A stretch of DNA of 64,000 bases from an uncultured Oscillibacter sp. (GTDB lineage: Bacteria; Bacillota; Clostridia; Oscillospirales; Oscillospiraceae). The position numbers and the translations under genes are program-made. Location of the stretch: the NCBI RefSeq assembly GCF_934574045.1, contig NZ_CAKTMK010000004.1; one strand, 5' to 3'. The notes below the pieces were generated by a model. The model saw only the letters and a list, made by a program, of their open reading frames with translations, did not search any database and was not told the origin of the DNA. The first letter of the stretch is position 1. Every line of letters starts with the position of its first letter. Below are positions 50,343 to 60,230 of this stretch, in pieces.

Positions 50343-51395
50343 ATGAAAAAGTTTCTGTCCCTGTCTCTGGCGATGCTCATGATGGCGTCCGTTCTGGCAG
50401 GCTGCGGCGGCTCCGGCAGCGCTCCCGCTGCTTCCAGCGCCAGCTCTGCGGCTGCTTCCAGCGCCAGCTCTGCGGCTGCTCCTGTTGCCACCAACAAGGG
50501 CGGCATGGAGGGCGGCACCAGCCTGAACTTCACCACCGGCGGCGATCAGGGTACTTACTACGGCTTCGGCGGCGTTCTGGCCGGCAAGGTCGGTGAGTCC
50601 ACCAGCACCACCGTCACCGCCATCACCTCCGGCGGCTCTCAGGCCAACATCGAGGCCATGGAGGCCGGCGACGCTCAGCTGGGCTTCGTCCAGTCCGACG
50701 TTATGGCTTACGCCTATAACGGCACCAACCTGTTCGACGGCAGCAAGATCGACACCTTCTCCACCGTGGCCGACCTGTACATGGAGCAGGTCCAGATCGT
50801 CACTCTGGACGCCAACATCAAGTCCGTTGCCGACCTGAAGGGCAAGAACGTCTCCATCGGCGCTGCCGGTTCCGGCGTGTACTACAACGCTATCGACGTT
50901 CTGGGCGCTTACGGCCTGACCGAGAACGACATTAAGCCCACCTTCCAGTCCTTCGGCGATTCTACCGAGGCTCTGCAGGACGGCAAGATCGACGCGGCCT
51001 TCGTGGTCGCCGGCGCTCCTACCACCGCTGTGACCTCTCTGGCCGCCACCAAGCCGGTCTATCTGGTCAGCCTGGACGACGAGCATATCGACGCTCTGAT
51101 CGCCGAGTCTCCCTACTACAGCAAGAACATCATCTCCAAGGATGCTTACGGCACTCCCGAGGATGTGACCACCGTGGCTGTGGGCGCTGTTGTCATCGCC
51201 CGCGACGACGTTTCCGAGGCTGACGTGTACAACTTCCTGTACGGCATCTTCGAGAATCTGGACGCCATCACCGCCGCTCACGCCAAGGGCGCTGAGCTGA
51301 ACCTCGAGTTCGCGGCTTCCGTGACGGCCGTTCCCTATCATCCCGGCGCTGCCAAGTACTTCGCTGAGAAGGGCATCACCGTTCCCACGAAGTAA
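50343..51395 (+). CDS. TAXI family TRAP transporter solute receptor lipoprotein
   Basis: Lipobox VLAGCGG, a Ser/Ala linker, and a TAXI-type periplasmic binding fold. Track ORF 50286 is an extension. Confidence 0.85.
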   Translation: MKKFLSLSLAMLMMASVLAGCGGSGSAPAASSASSAAASSASSAAAPVATNKGGMEGGTSLNFTTGGDQGTYYGFGGVLAGKVGESTSTTVTAITSGGSQANIEAMEAGDAQLGFVQSDVMAYAYNGTNLFDGSKIDTFSTVADLYMEQVQIVTLDANIKSVADLKGKNVSIGAAGSGVYYNAIDVLGAYGLTENDIKPTFQSFGDSTEALQDGKIDAAFVVAGAPTTAVTSLAATKPVYLVSLDDEHIDALIAESPYYSKNIISKDAYGTPEDVTTVAVGAVVIARDDVSEADVYNFLYGIFENLDAITAAHAKGAELNLEFAASVTAVPYHPGAAKYFAEKGITVPTK

Positions 51396-51588
51396 GCAGA
51401 AACACTGAATTTACCGTTTTGCGCCGAGCGGCTGCGGTGGGCTTCCCACCGCAGCCGCGGCGGGAACGGCGGAAAATGCGGCTACGCGATAGATGAGTCC
51501 GTATCCGGCGAGGGAAGGGATGCAGATTGATCTATTCCGTAGCAATGAGAAAAGAGGCGGAATTTTACCAGAAGAAAGGAGACAGTTT

Positions 51589-53574
51589 ATGCAGTCCAAG
51601 GAGAACGGAAAAACACAGGCGTCTGAGCTGGAAGTGGATACCAGCGTAGGCACCGCAGCCGACGTAGAGGAGGTAATGAAAAAATACGACCGCGAGTCGA
51701 ACACCCGCATTTGGGAGGGCCGTCCCAAGCAGATCGTTCGCGCGCTGTCGATCATCTTCTCTCTTTACAGCATTTTCGTCACGCTGTTCAGCACGGCGAT
51801 GCCCGAGGTCCGTCTGAACATCTTCCTGGGTATGGTGCTGATTCTGGGTTACCTGCACTATCCCATCAAAAAGGGCGATCCCCATGTCAATCGGCTTCCC
51901 TGGTATGATATCCTCATCATGATCGTGGGCGCCGGACCCCTGTTCTATTTCGCCGCCAACGCACAGGATATCATCAAGCTGGCGACCAAGGTGACCAAGA
52001 ACCCCGTCATGGTCGTTATCGCCGTGTTCTCCGTGCTGGCGTTCATGGAGCTGTGCCGCCGCTGCGTGGGCATTCCCATTCTCTGCGTGCTGGGCGCCCT
52101 GCTGGTGTACACCTTCTCCACGGTCCGTTTCGGTAAGGTCATCTATGACCTGTTCTACACCACCACCGGCCTGATGAACACCCCCATCAACGTCTGCGCC
52201 AAGTACATCGTCGTGTTCATCATCTTCGGTGCGTTCCTTGAGCGGACGGGCATTTCCGCTTTCTTCATCAACCTGGCCAACGCCATCTGCGGCGCTGCCG
52301 CCGGCGGTCCCGCCAAGGTGGCCGTTATCTCCTCCGCTCTGTGCGGCATGGTGTCCGGCTCCTCCGTGGGCAACACCGTGACCACCGGCTCCGTCACCAT
52401 TCCCATGATGAAGAAGACCGGCTATCAGCCCGAGTTCGCCGGCGCGGTCGAGGCCGCGTCCTCCACCGGCGGCCAGATCATGCCTCCCATCATGGGCGCT
52501 GCGGCGTTCCTGATGGCCGAGTACATGGGCATTCCTTACGGCGAAGTGGCTCTGAAGGCCATCCTCCCCGCCGTTCTGTACTTCGCCGGCATTTACATCG
52601 CCGTTCACCTCGAGGCTAAGAAGCTGGGCCTGAAGGGCATTCCCAAGGACGAGCTGCCCAAGATGCGCGAGCTGCTGCCCAAGATCTACCTGCTGCTGCC
52701 TCTGATTATCCTGATCGTGATGGTGTCCACGAATATGTTCACCATGCAGTTCTGCGCCACCATCGCCATCGGCATCACCATTCTGGTCGGCATCATCAAC
52801 AAGGATGACCGCATCACCCTCACCAAGTTCTTCGACGCGCTGGAAGCCGGCGGCAAGGGCACGATCACCGTGGCCGTGGCCTGCGCGATGGCCGGTCTGG
52901 TTGCCGGCTGCATCACCTCCACCGGTCTGGCCTCCAAGCTCATCACGCTGGTGGTCAACGTCTCCGGCGGCGTGACGATCATCGCTCTGGCGCTGACCAT
53001 GCTGTGCTGCATCGTTCTGGGCATGGGCGTTCCCACCACCGCGAACTACTGCATCATGGCCGCTACCTGCGCGCCCATCCTGATGAGCCCCGAGATCGGC
53101 ATCCCCCGTATCTGCGCGCACTTCTTCGTGTTCTACTTCGGCATCGTCGCCGACATCACCCCGCCCGTGGCGCTGGCCGCTTACGCCGGTTCCGCCATTG
53201 CAAAGGCTCCTCCCATGAAGACCGCGTTCAACGCCACCCGTCTGGCCATCGCGGCGTTCATCGTGCCTTACATCTTTGCGTTCAGCCCCGCCATGCTGTT
53301 TGAGTTTGAGGCGGGCCTGTCCGGTGCGATGATCGCGCTGCAGGTGGTCCAGATCTGCGCCACCTCTCTGCTGGGCATCTTCGGCGTGGCCGCCGCGCTC
53401 AACGGCTTCCTGTTCCGCAAGATGAACATTCTGTTCCGCATCATCATGGCGGCCGGCGGCCTGTGCATGATGTACCCCGGTACCGTGACCGATCTGATCG
53501 GTCTGGTTGCTGTGGGCGGCATCTACTTCCTCCTGCGCATGAGCACCAAGAAGTCCGCCGCTGCCGCGCAGTAA
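51589..53574 (+). CDS. TRAP transporter fused permease subunit (TAXI-associated 4TM/12TM)
   Basis: 661-aa polytopic protein adjacent to the TAXI receptor gene. Start 51589 after AAAGGAGAC; track ORF 51493 is an extension. Confidence 0.85.
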   Translation: MQSKENGKTQASELEVDTSVGTAADVEEVMKKYDRESNTRIWEGRPKQIVRALSIIFSLYSIFVTLFSTAMPEVRLNIFLGMVLILGYLHYPIKKGDPHVNRLPWYDILIMIVGAGPLFYFAANAQDIIKLATKVTKNPVMVVIAVFSVLAFMELCRRCVGIPILCVLGALLVYTFSTVRFGKVIYDLFYTTTGLMNTPINVCAKYIVVFIIFGAFLERTGISAFFINLANAICGAAAGGPAKVAVISSALCGMVSGSSVGNTVTTGSVTIPMMKKTGYQPEFAGAVEAASSTGGQIMPPIMGAAAFLMAEYMGIPYGEVALKAILPAVLYFAGIYIAVHLEAKKLGLKGIPKDELPKMRELLPKIYLLLPLIILIVMVSTNMFTMQFCATIAIGITILVGIINKDDRITLTKFFDALEAGGKGTITVAVACAMAGLVAGCITSTGLASKLITLVVNVSGGVTIIALALTMLCCIVLGMGVPTTANYCIMAATCAPILMSPEIGIPRICAHFFVFYFGIVADITPPVALAAYAGSAIAKAPPMKTAFNATRLAIAAFIVPYIFAFSPAMLFEFEAGLSGAMIALQVVQICATSLLGIFGVAAALNGFLFRKMNILFRIIMAAGGLCMMYPGTVTDLIGLVAVGGIYFLLRMSTKKSAAAAQ

Positions 53575-53597
53575 AATTCCGCTATCTCATTCCTTCT

Positions 53598-53638
53598 GGG
53601 CCGTCCCCTGCCGAATGGCGGGGGACGGCCTCTTTCTG
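53598..53638 (+). terminator. rho-independent terminator
   Basis: Stem gggccgtcccc/ggggacggcc followed by TCTTTCTG. Confidence 0.8.
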
Positions 53639-53924
53639 CGGAAAGGTTCCTTTCGTGGACAGCACGGAGCGCCGGAGGGCGGTTCTCCGGTGCTTCAAGG
53701 CGCTTTGGCGGAGGCCGTCGGGCAGGGGCGGTTTTCCGATATTGCGGCACGCTAAAAATATTTTCCGAGTGGAACTATTTTCCCGTCTGCGCCGTCTTAT
53801 CTGATACCCGAGGAAGGTAAAAATCTGTTACCGCTTTGTTGTTGCTTTTCTGTATGAACCGTATTATTATAATTCATACAGTTATGCGCACAAGGGAAAA
53901 CTCTGTGGGAAAGGATACAGAAAC

Positions 53925-55607
53925 ATGGCAGAAGTGAAAGACCCCGCCCTGAGCGGGCAGGCGGCCGAGACCGCGCCGGAGACGGCGGCGCTCCCGGCGG
54001 ACGGCGGAAAGAAGCCCAAGCGTCCGCCCATGTCCCCCAAGAAGAAAAAGAAGCTGATCCGCCTGTGCATCGCCGGAGCGGTGGTGCTTGTGGCGGCGGT
54101 GGGCCTGTCCAAGCTGCTGGGCGGCAGCGAGGATACAGTGCAGGTGGTGGAGGACACCGTGCAGTATAACTCCATCACCTCTACGGTAGAGGGCAGCGGC
54201 ATCACCAAGGCCAAGGAGAGCAAGACCATCACTCTCACCACCTCCGGCACGGTGCAGGAGGTCTACGTTACCGAGGGCCAGCAGGTCACAGCCGGAACGC
54301 CGCTGTTCGTGATCGACTCCGAGACGGCCCGCTCCGCTGTGGAAAAGGCCCGCAAGGACGTGGACGGCTACCAAAAGCAGCTCAACTCCATGAATAAGGA
54401 CATCGCGGGCCTGAATCTGGCCCCGCCCTTTGCCGGAAAGCTGATGGAGACGGAAAAGCTGAATGTGGGCGAGGAGATCGGCAAGGGCGTGAAGGTCGCC
54501 ACGCTGGTGGATGACCGCACCATGAAGCTCCAGCAGTATTACAGCTACGCCTATGAGGGCGACATCCGGGTGGGCCAGACCGCGGAGGTCTCGCTGCCCG
54601 CGCTGATGAGCAGCGTGACCGGAACGGTCTCGGCGGTACATATGGTGGACCGCATTTCACCGGAGGGCGCGCGGCTGTTCGAGGTGGAGTTTGCCATCAA
54701 GAACCCCGGCACGCTGACCAAGGACATGGTGGCCTCCGCCGTTCTCACGGTGAACGGCGAGCAGGTCTATCCTTACGAGTCCGGAAAGCTGGAGTATAAC
54801 CGCGTGATCGACCTGAAGACCACCGTCAGCGGCACGATCCTCTCCACGAGCCTGTTGGACTACATGGACGTGACGCCCGGGCAGGTGCTGGTGCAGATCG
54901 ATGGAGAGGACAGCGAGTCGGAGCTGTTCACGCTGGAGCAGAATCTGGCGGACGCGCAAAAGACGCTGAAGACCGCTCAGGAGAATCTGGACAACTGCAC
55001 CGCCGTCGCCCCCATCGACGGAACGGTGATGGGCCTTGCGCTCACACCGGGCGAGGAGGTCGCAGCCAACACCACCGTCATCTCCATTGCCGATACCACC
55101 ACCATCCTGATCGACGCTACGGTGGACGAGCGCAACATCGGCTATGTGCAGGCGGGCATGATGGTGGATCTGGATCAGTGGGGCACCTCGTTCATGGGCA
55201 CGGTGGAATCCGTCAGTCTGAACAGCAAGGTGGAAAACGGCGTGGCGGCCTATCCCATGACCATCTCCGTGGACAATTCGGACGGGTCGATGATGAGCGG
55301 CAGCAACGTGACCTATTCTCTGGTGGCCAGCGAGAACGACAACTGCCTGACGCTGCCGATCCAGAGCGTGAAAAACGCCCAGTTTGAGGACGGCAGCTCC
55401 GGCTACGTGGTGTTCCTGAAGGCCGACCGGGAGCCGGAGAATGTGGCGCAGCTGGCAGTGCCGGTGGATGGCGTGCCGGACGGCTACTATCCCGTGCCGG
55501 TGGAGATCGGTATTTCCGACAACTACAACGTGGAGATCAAGTCCGGCGTGGAGGAGGGAGACGTGGTATTCACCACCACGCAGATGGAAAACTCCTATGG
55601 ATGGTAA
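53925..55607 (+). CDS. efflux transporter periplasmic adaptor (HlyD/MacA-like membrane fusion protein)
   Basis: Lys-rich N-terminus, single TM, coiled-coil and beta-barrel/lipoyl-like segments. Immediately followed by MacB-like ATPase and FtsX permease genes. Confidence 0.8.
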   Translation: MAEVKDPALSGQAAETAPETAALPADGGKKPKRPPMSPKKKKKLIRLCIAGAVVLVAAVGLSKLLGGSEDTVQVVEDTVQYNSITSTVEGSGITKAKESKTITLTTSGTVQEVYVTEGQQVTAGTPLFVIDSETARSAVEKARKDVDGYQKQLNSMNKDIAGLNLAPPFAGKLMETEKLNVGEEIGKGVKVATLVDDRTMKLQQYYSYAYEGDIRVGQTAEVSLPALMSSVTGTVSAVHMVDRISPEGARLFEVEFAIKNPGTLTKDMVASAVLTVNGEQVYPYESGKLEYNRVIDLKTTVSGTILSTSLLDYMDVTPGQVLVQIDGEDSESELFTLEQNLADAQKTLKTAQENLDNCTAVAPIDGTVMGLALTPGEEVAANTTVISIADTTTILIDATVDERNIGYVQAGMMVDLDQWGTSFMGTVESVSLNSKVENGVAAYPMTISVDNSDGSMMSGSNVTYSLVASENDNCLTLPIQSVKNAQFEDGSSGYVVFLKADREPENVAQLAVPVDGVPDGYYPVPVEIGISDNYNVEIKSGVEEGDVVFTTTQMENSYGW

Positions 55608-56307
55608 GCATATGCTGATCGAGTTAAAGGATATCTATAAGATCTACGGCGAGGGACTGGAGAGTGAGGTCCGGGCACTGGACGGCGTTTCACTGGAGAT
55701 CCGGCGGGGCGAGTTCGTGGCCATCGTGGGCCAGTCCGGCTCCGGAAAGTCCACCATGATGAACGTGCTGGGCTGTCTGGACATCCCCACCCGGGGCGAG
55801 TATCTGCTGGACGGGGTGAACGTCCGGGAGCTGAGCGACCGGGAGCTGAGCCGCATCCGCAACAAGCAGATCGGCTTCATCTTCCAGCAGTACAACCTGA
55901 TCCAGAACCTGAACGTGCTGGAAAACGTGGAGCTGCCGCTGATCTATCAGGGCGTGGGAATGGAGAAGCGGCGGGAGATGGCGCTGGAGGCGCTGGAGCG
56001 CGTGGGCCTTGCCAACCGCGTCAAGCACAAGCCCACGGAGATGTCCGGCGGCCAGCAGCAGCGGGTGGCCATCGCCCGGGCCATCGCCACCAAGCCGCCC
56101 ATTATCATGGCGGACGAGCCGACCGGCGCGCTGGATTCCCACACGGGCCACGACGTGCTCAAGTTTCTTCAGCAGCTCAACAAGGATGGCAGCACCGTGA
56201 TCCTCATCACGCACGACAACGGCATCGCCGCCACGGCGCCCCGCGTGGTGCGTCTGGCGGACGGAAAAAAGATCGAGGACCACGAGCAGGAGGTGGATTG
56301 GCTTTGA
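55597..56307 (+). CDS. ABC transporter ATP-binding protein (MacB/LolD-like)
   Basis: Walker [10 protein letters not shown], signature [14 protein letters not shown], Walker [12 protein letters not shown]. An alternative start at 55612 exists. Overlaps the adaptor 3' end. Confidence 0.9.
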   Translation: MDGKHMLIELKDIYKIYGEGLESEVRALDGVSLEIRRGEFVAIVGQSGSGKSTMMNVLGCLDIPTRGEYLLDGVNVRELSDRELSRIRNKQIGFIFQQYNLIQNLNVLENVELPLIYQGVGMEKRREMALEALERVGLANRVKHKPTEMSGGQQQRVAIARAIATKPPIIMADEPTGALDSHTGHDVLKFLQQLNKDGSTVILITHDNGIAATAPRVVRLADGKKIEDHEQEVDWL

Positions 56308-57578
56308 AGATCGGACAGGCGCTGAAAATGGCGCTCAAATCCATTCTGGGAAACAAAGGCCGGTCCATGCTGACCATGCTGGGCATCATCATCGGCATCG
56401 CCTCGGTCATGACCATCGTTTCCGTTATCAACGGCTCCAACAAAAAGAGCATGGAGTTGATGGCGGCCATGGGCACCAACAAGATCACCGTTTACGCCAA
56501 CTACTACAACGGGCAGGATGTGTTTCAGGACCTGTACGACTACTGCCAGAAGCTCACCGACTATGTGGACGGCGTGACGCCCAACAGCCAGTTCAGCGCC
56601 ACCGTGGTATACGGCACGAAGAACAGCAGCAAAATGGGCGGCAACGGCGGCTATTCCTACATGGGCGGCGGCATGGCCATGGTGGACGACGGCGGCGGCG
56701 GCAGCCAGAACACCGAAATGCCGCCGGACCTGTACTTCGGCAGCGACCAATATTCCGCCTGCAACAATTTCCAGATCGAGCGGGGACGTGATCTCTCGCT
56801 GCTGGACATTCAGGACTACAAGCAGGTCTGCGTGCTGGGCGCGCGGGCGGCGCAGACGTTCTTCAACTATGCCGACCCGGTGGGGAAGGAGATCCAGGTG
56901 AACGGCATCCCCTTTACCGTGGTGGGCGTCTACAAGGAAAAGGACCCGGACAGCATGTGGTCTATGGACAACATCATCGTCTTTCCGTATACGGACAGCC
57001 GCACGCTAAGCCCCGGAGGACAGATGTCCGAGTTCTCCGTCCGGGCCAAGGACGCCGACGCGGCGGTGGAGGCCACCTCCCGCATCATCGGCTTTCTCAC
57101 CGGCCTGATGGGCCAGAATCAGGAGAAGGGCTGGTACTCCGTCCAGAGCGAGAACCAGTGGCAGCAGAGCAACAACGAATACGCCACCATGATGAGTCTG
57201 GTCATGGGCGGCATCGCCGCCATCAGCCTTCTGGTGGGCGGTATCGGCATTATGAACATCATGCTGGTGACGGTGACGGAGCGGACGCGGGAGATCGGCA
57301 TCCGCCGCGCCATCGGCGCGGAGCGTATCTCCATCGTCACGCAGTTTCTGATCGAGGCTGCCATGATCTGCGGCATCGGCGGCGTGATCGGCATTCTCAT
57401 CGGCACGCTGGGCAGCCGGGTGGCCGGTCAGATGCTGATGCAGATGGAGATCTGGCCGTCTGTGAACATCACGGTGGGCGCGTTTGTGCTGTCCGTGGCG
57501 CTGGGGATTCTGTTCGGCATCTACCCGGCGGCGAAGGCATCCAAGCTCCAGCCGGTGGAAGCGCTGCGGGCGGAGTGA
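56298..57578 (+). CDS. ABC transporter permease (FtsX/MacB-type, 4 TM with large extracytoplasmic domain)
   Basis: N-terminal TM, extracytoplasmic domain, and C-terminal FtsX 3-TM bundle (ERTREIGIRRAIGA... PAAKASKLQPVEALRAE). TTG start. Confidence 0.85.
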   Translation: MALKIGQALKMALKSILGNKGRSMLTMLGIIIGIASVMTIVSVINGSNKKSMELMAAMGTNKITVYANYYNGQDVFQDLYDYCQKLTDYVDGVTPNSQFSATVVYGTKNSSKMGGNGGYSYMGGGMAMVDDGGGGSQNTEMPPDLYFGSDQYSACNNFQIERGRDLSLLDIQDYKQVCVLGARAAQTFFNYADPVGKEIQVNGIPFTVVGVYKEKDPDSMWSMDNIIVFPYTDSRTLSPGGQMSEFSVRAKDADAAVEATSRIIGFLTGLMGQNQEKGWYSVQSENQWQQSNNEYATMMSLVMGGIAAISLLVGGIGIMNIMLVTVTERTREIGIRRAIGAERISIVTQFLIEAAMICGIGGVIGILIGTLGSRVAGQMLMQMEIWPSVNITVGAFVLSVALGILFGIYPAAKASKLQPVEALRAE

Positions 57579-57594
57579 AATGAGGGAGAACAAC

Positions 57595-59925
57595 ATGAAA
57601 AAAAGAATCGTATCCTTTCTGATGGCGGTTTGTCTGGCCGCGTCGGCGCTGGCGCTGCCCGCCGGGGCGAAAACGGCGGCGGTCACCGGCTTTACCGACA
57701 TCAGCGACCACTCCACCGCCGTGGCGGCGGAGTGCCTGCGGCTGCTGGGCGCCATGACCGGCTACGCCGGCGGCGCGTTCCGCCCGGATGGGCAGGTGAC
57801 CCGGGCGCAGTTCTGCAAGATGGCCACCTATCTCATCAAGGACGGCGAGAGCCAGCTCAGCCGCTACCGCACGGTGACGGTGTTCCCGGACGTGAAGCCG
57901 TCCCACTGGGCGGCGGCGTACATCAACCTTGCGTCCGACTCCGGCCGCGGCGCGGCCGGAAGCGAGGACAAGACAGACCGCTCCATCATCAAGGGCTATG
58001 TGGACGGAAAGTTCCACCCGGAGCGGGTGGTGACGGTGGGACAGGCCGTGACCATCCTGATGCGCCTGCTGGGGTACAGCGACGCGGATATGGGCGGCAT
58101 CTGGCCGGACGGCTACATGGCCGCCGCGGCCTCCTGCGGACTGACGGACGGCGTGTCCGCGCCCGCGTCCGACCCGCTGACCCGCGGCCTTGCCGCGCGG
58201 CTGCTGGTGAATCTGCTGCGGTGCGACAGCAAGGGCGGCGCGAATTACGGCGAGTCCATCGCCGCCAGCTCCGTGGAGGGGATGCTGACCACCTCCACGG
58301 CCACCGCTGCCGACGGCAGCGACACCGCCATGCAGCTTGGCAGCTCCACCGCCTATTCCATGGCGGGCGGAAAGGTCTCCACCGGCGCGATGAACGGCAT
58401 GAAGGGCACCCTCCTGCTGAACAAGGCCGGAAAGGTCATGACCTTCGTTCCGGAGATCACCGGCGTCAGCCGCACCGTGACCTTTGCCTCCGGCACCACG
58501 GTGAAGCTCACCACCGCCTCCGGTGAATCCTTCAACATCAAGAGCGACACCGCCATGGTGGTCAACGGCGAGCAGAAAACGTGGGCCACCGGCTACACAT
58601 GGCTCAATCCGGGCATGTCGCTGACGCTGTACATCGGCGAGAGCGGCACGGTGGAGTATATCTTCGCCGGAGCCAGCGCCACCTCCAGCGCGGCGGTCGT
58701 GGTCTATACCAGAGCGTCCGCGGCCGGCTTCAGTGAGCTGGCCGGCGGCAGCACCCGCTATTCCATCTATAAGAACGGCGCGGCGGCCTCGGTGAGCGAC
58801 CTGCGGCCCTACGACGTGGCGATCTACAGCCCCGGGACCAACTCCATCCGCGTGTGCGACACCCGCATCACCGGCGTGTATGAAAACGCCTCGCCCAATC
58901 TGGACAATCCCACGGAGATCACCGTGATGGGGACGAAGTTCCCCGTCCTGTCTACCGCGGCGGACACCATGAGCAAGCTCAAGCTGGGACAGACCATCAC
59001 CCTCCTGCTGACGGAGGACAATCAGGTGGCCGGCGCCATCGAGGCCGGGTCCGTCAACGGCATCAACGGCAACGCGCTGGGCATCGTGAAGGAGGTCAGC
59101 AACTCCAAAGCCACGGTGAACCTGCTGTGCGGTGTCACGATCAGCGGCAGCGTGTCGCTGTCGGATGCGGAGGTCAGCCGCCTGAAAAACCACATGGCGT
59201 ACGTCAGCTCCAGCTTTAAGGGCCGTCTGGCGCTGGCGCGCATGGACGGCGGCGTTCCCGGCGCGCTGGACGTCTCGGCCAGACGGATGGGCAGCCAGCT
59301 TCTGGCGGACAACGTGATGATCTACCAGACGACCTCCTCCGGCATGGAGCCGATCAGCCTGCAGGAGATCTCCAGCGCCAGCATCCCGGCCTCCGCCGCG
59401 GTGTACGCCAGAACGAACTGGGCGGGCCGGATCGACCTGATCGTTTTCAACAGCATCACCGGCAGCGACTATCAGTTTGGCCGCCTGCATTACAGCATGG
59501 GCGGCACGGAGCCGGATTATGACGATGACGGCAAGGTCATCGGTTCCAAGCCGGTCTATGAAACGCTGTCCGTCATCACCGGAAACGGAACGCAGATCGG
59601 TCCCTTCAGCATCGGCCACTATACGGTGGTGGATGACCGGGAGGTCCACGACGGTGATTACGTCGGCGTGATCCTGAACAAGCAGGAGAACCTGATCGAG
59701 ACGATCCTGCTGCTCAACAAGTGCGAAAACGTTTTGAACAGCGCGTGGAGCAGCGCGGCCTCCGTCACCATCGGCGGCCAGACCTATACGGTCCCCTCCG
59801 ACGTTCTGTGCTACAACCGGTCCAGCGGGAAATGGGTCACTCTGGACGAGGCCCGCGCCTTCGCGTCCACCTCCACGGTCTATACGGATCAGTCCGGATA
59901 CGTCCGCGTGGTGGAGGTCCGATAA
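57595..59925 (+). CDS. S-layer homology (SLH) domain cell-wall protein
   Basis: Signal peptide MKKRIVSFLMAVCLAASALALPAGA, then three SLH repeats (FTDISDH..., FPDVKPSHWAA..., ...), then a long beta-rich region. Confidence 0.8.
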   Translation: MKKRIVSFLMAVCLAASALALPAGAKTAAVTGFTDISDHSTAVAAECLRLLGAMTGYAGGAFRPDGQVTRAQFCKMATYLIKDGESQLSRYRTVTVFPDVKPSHWAAAYINLASDSGRGAAGSEDKTDRSIIKGYVDGKFHPERVVTVGQAVTILMRLLGYSDADMGGIWPDGYMAAAASCGLTDGVSAPASDPLTRGLAARLLVNLLRCDSKGGANYGESIAASSVEGMLTTSTATAADGSDTAMQLGSSTAYSMAGGKVSTGAMNGMKGTLLLNKAGKVMTFVPEITGVSRTVTFASGTTVKLTTASGESFNIKSDTAMVVNGEQKTWATGYTWLNPGMSLTLYIGESGTVEYIFAGASATSSAAVVVYTRASAAGFSELAGGSTRYSIYKNGAAASVSDLRPYDVAIYSPGTNSIRVCDTRITGVYENASPNLDNPTEITVMGTKFPVLSTAADTMSKLKLGQTITLLLTEDNQVAGAIEAGSVNGINGNALGIVKEVSNSKATVNLLCGVTISGSVSLSDAEVSRLKNHMAYVSSSFKGRLALARMDGGVPGALDVSARRMGSQLLADNVMIYQTTSSGMEPISLQEISSASIPASAAVYARTNWAGRIDLIVFNSITGSDYQFGRLHYSMGGTEPDYDDDGKVIGSKPVYETLSVITGNGTQIGPFSIGHYTVVDDREVHDGDYVGVILNKQENLIETILLLNKCENVLNSAWSSAASVTIGGQTYTVPSDVLCYNRSSGKWVTLDEARAFASTSTVYTDQSGYVRVVEVR

Positions 59926-59943
59926 GGAAACGATCCATGCCGC

Positions 59944-59972
59944 AAAAGGGGGCCGTCGGCCCCCTTTTGCGC
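59944..59972 (+). terminator. rho-independent terminator
   Basis: Stem aaagggggccg/cggccccctttt followed by GCGCGGTTTT. Confidence 0.85.
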
Positions 59973-60057
59973 GGTTTTCCCGGCCCAGGAAGAAGCTGCG
60001 CCCCAGCAGAGCGGGCCGCGCCGCTCTCATTGGCAGAGTTTACATAAAAAGTTAGGA

Positions 60058-60086
60058 TTGACCGCGGCGCGGCAAGTTGCTATAAT
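60058..60086 (+). promoter_or_regulatory. promoter candidate for SLH-GH25 gene
   Basis: TTGACC (60058-60063), 17 nt, TATAAT (60081-60086). Confidence 0.55.
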
Positions 60087-60142
60087 CAAAGCGTCAGCGG
60101 ACTGGGGTTTCCGGCCGGTCCGCCCGGACTTGAACGGACGAA

Positions 60143-60189
60143 AGCGGCCCCGGCAGGGGGATCTTCCCGCGGGGGCCGCTTTTTTACGC
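60143..60189 (+). terminator. intrinsic terminator-like hairpin inside the 5' leader of the SLH-GH25 gene (attenuator candidate)
   Basis: Stem agcggccccg/cgggggccgct with a structured loop, followed by TTTTTTACG. It lies between the -10 at 60081-86 and the RBS GGAGGAATACC at 60218-60228. Confidence 0.6.
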
Positions 60190-60230
60190 AGAGGATATCG
60201 ACCGATTTCGACAGAATTTGGAGGAATACC

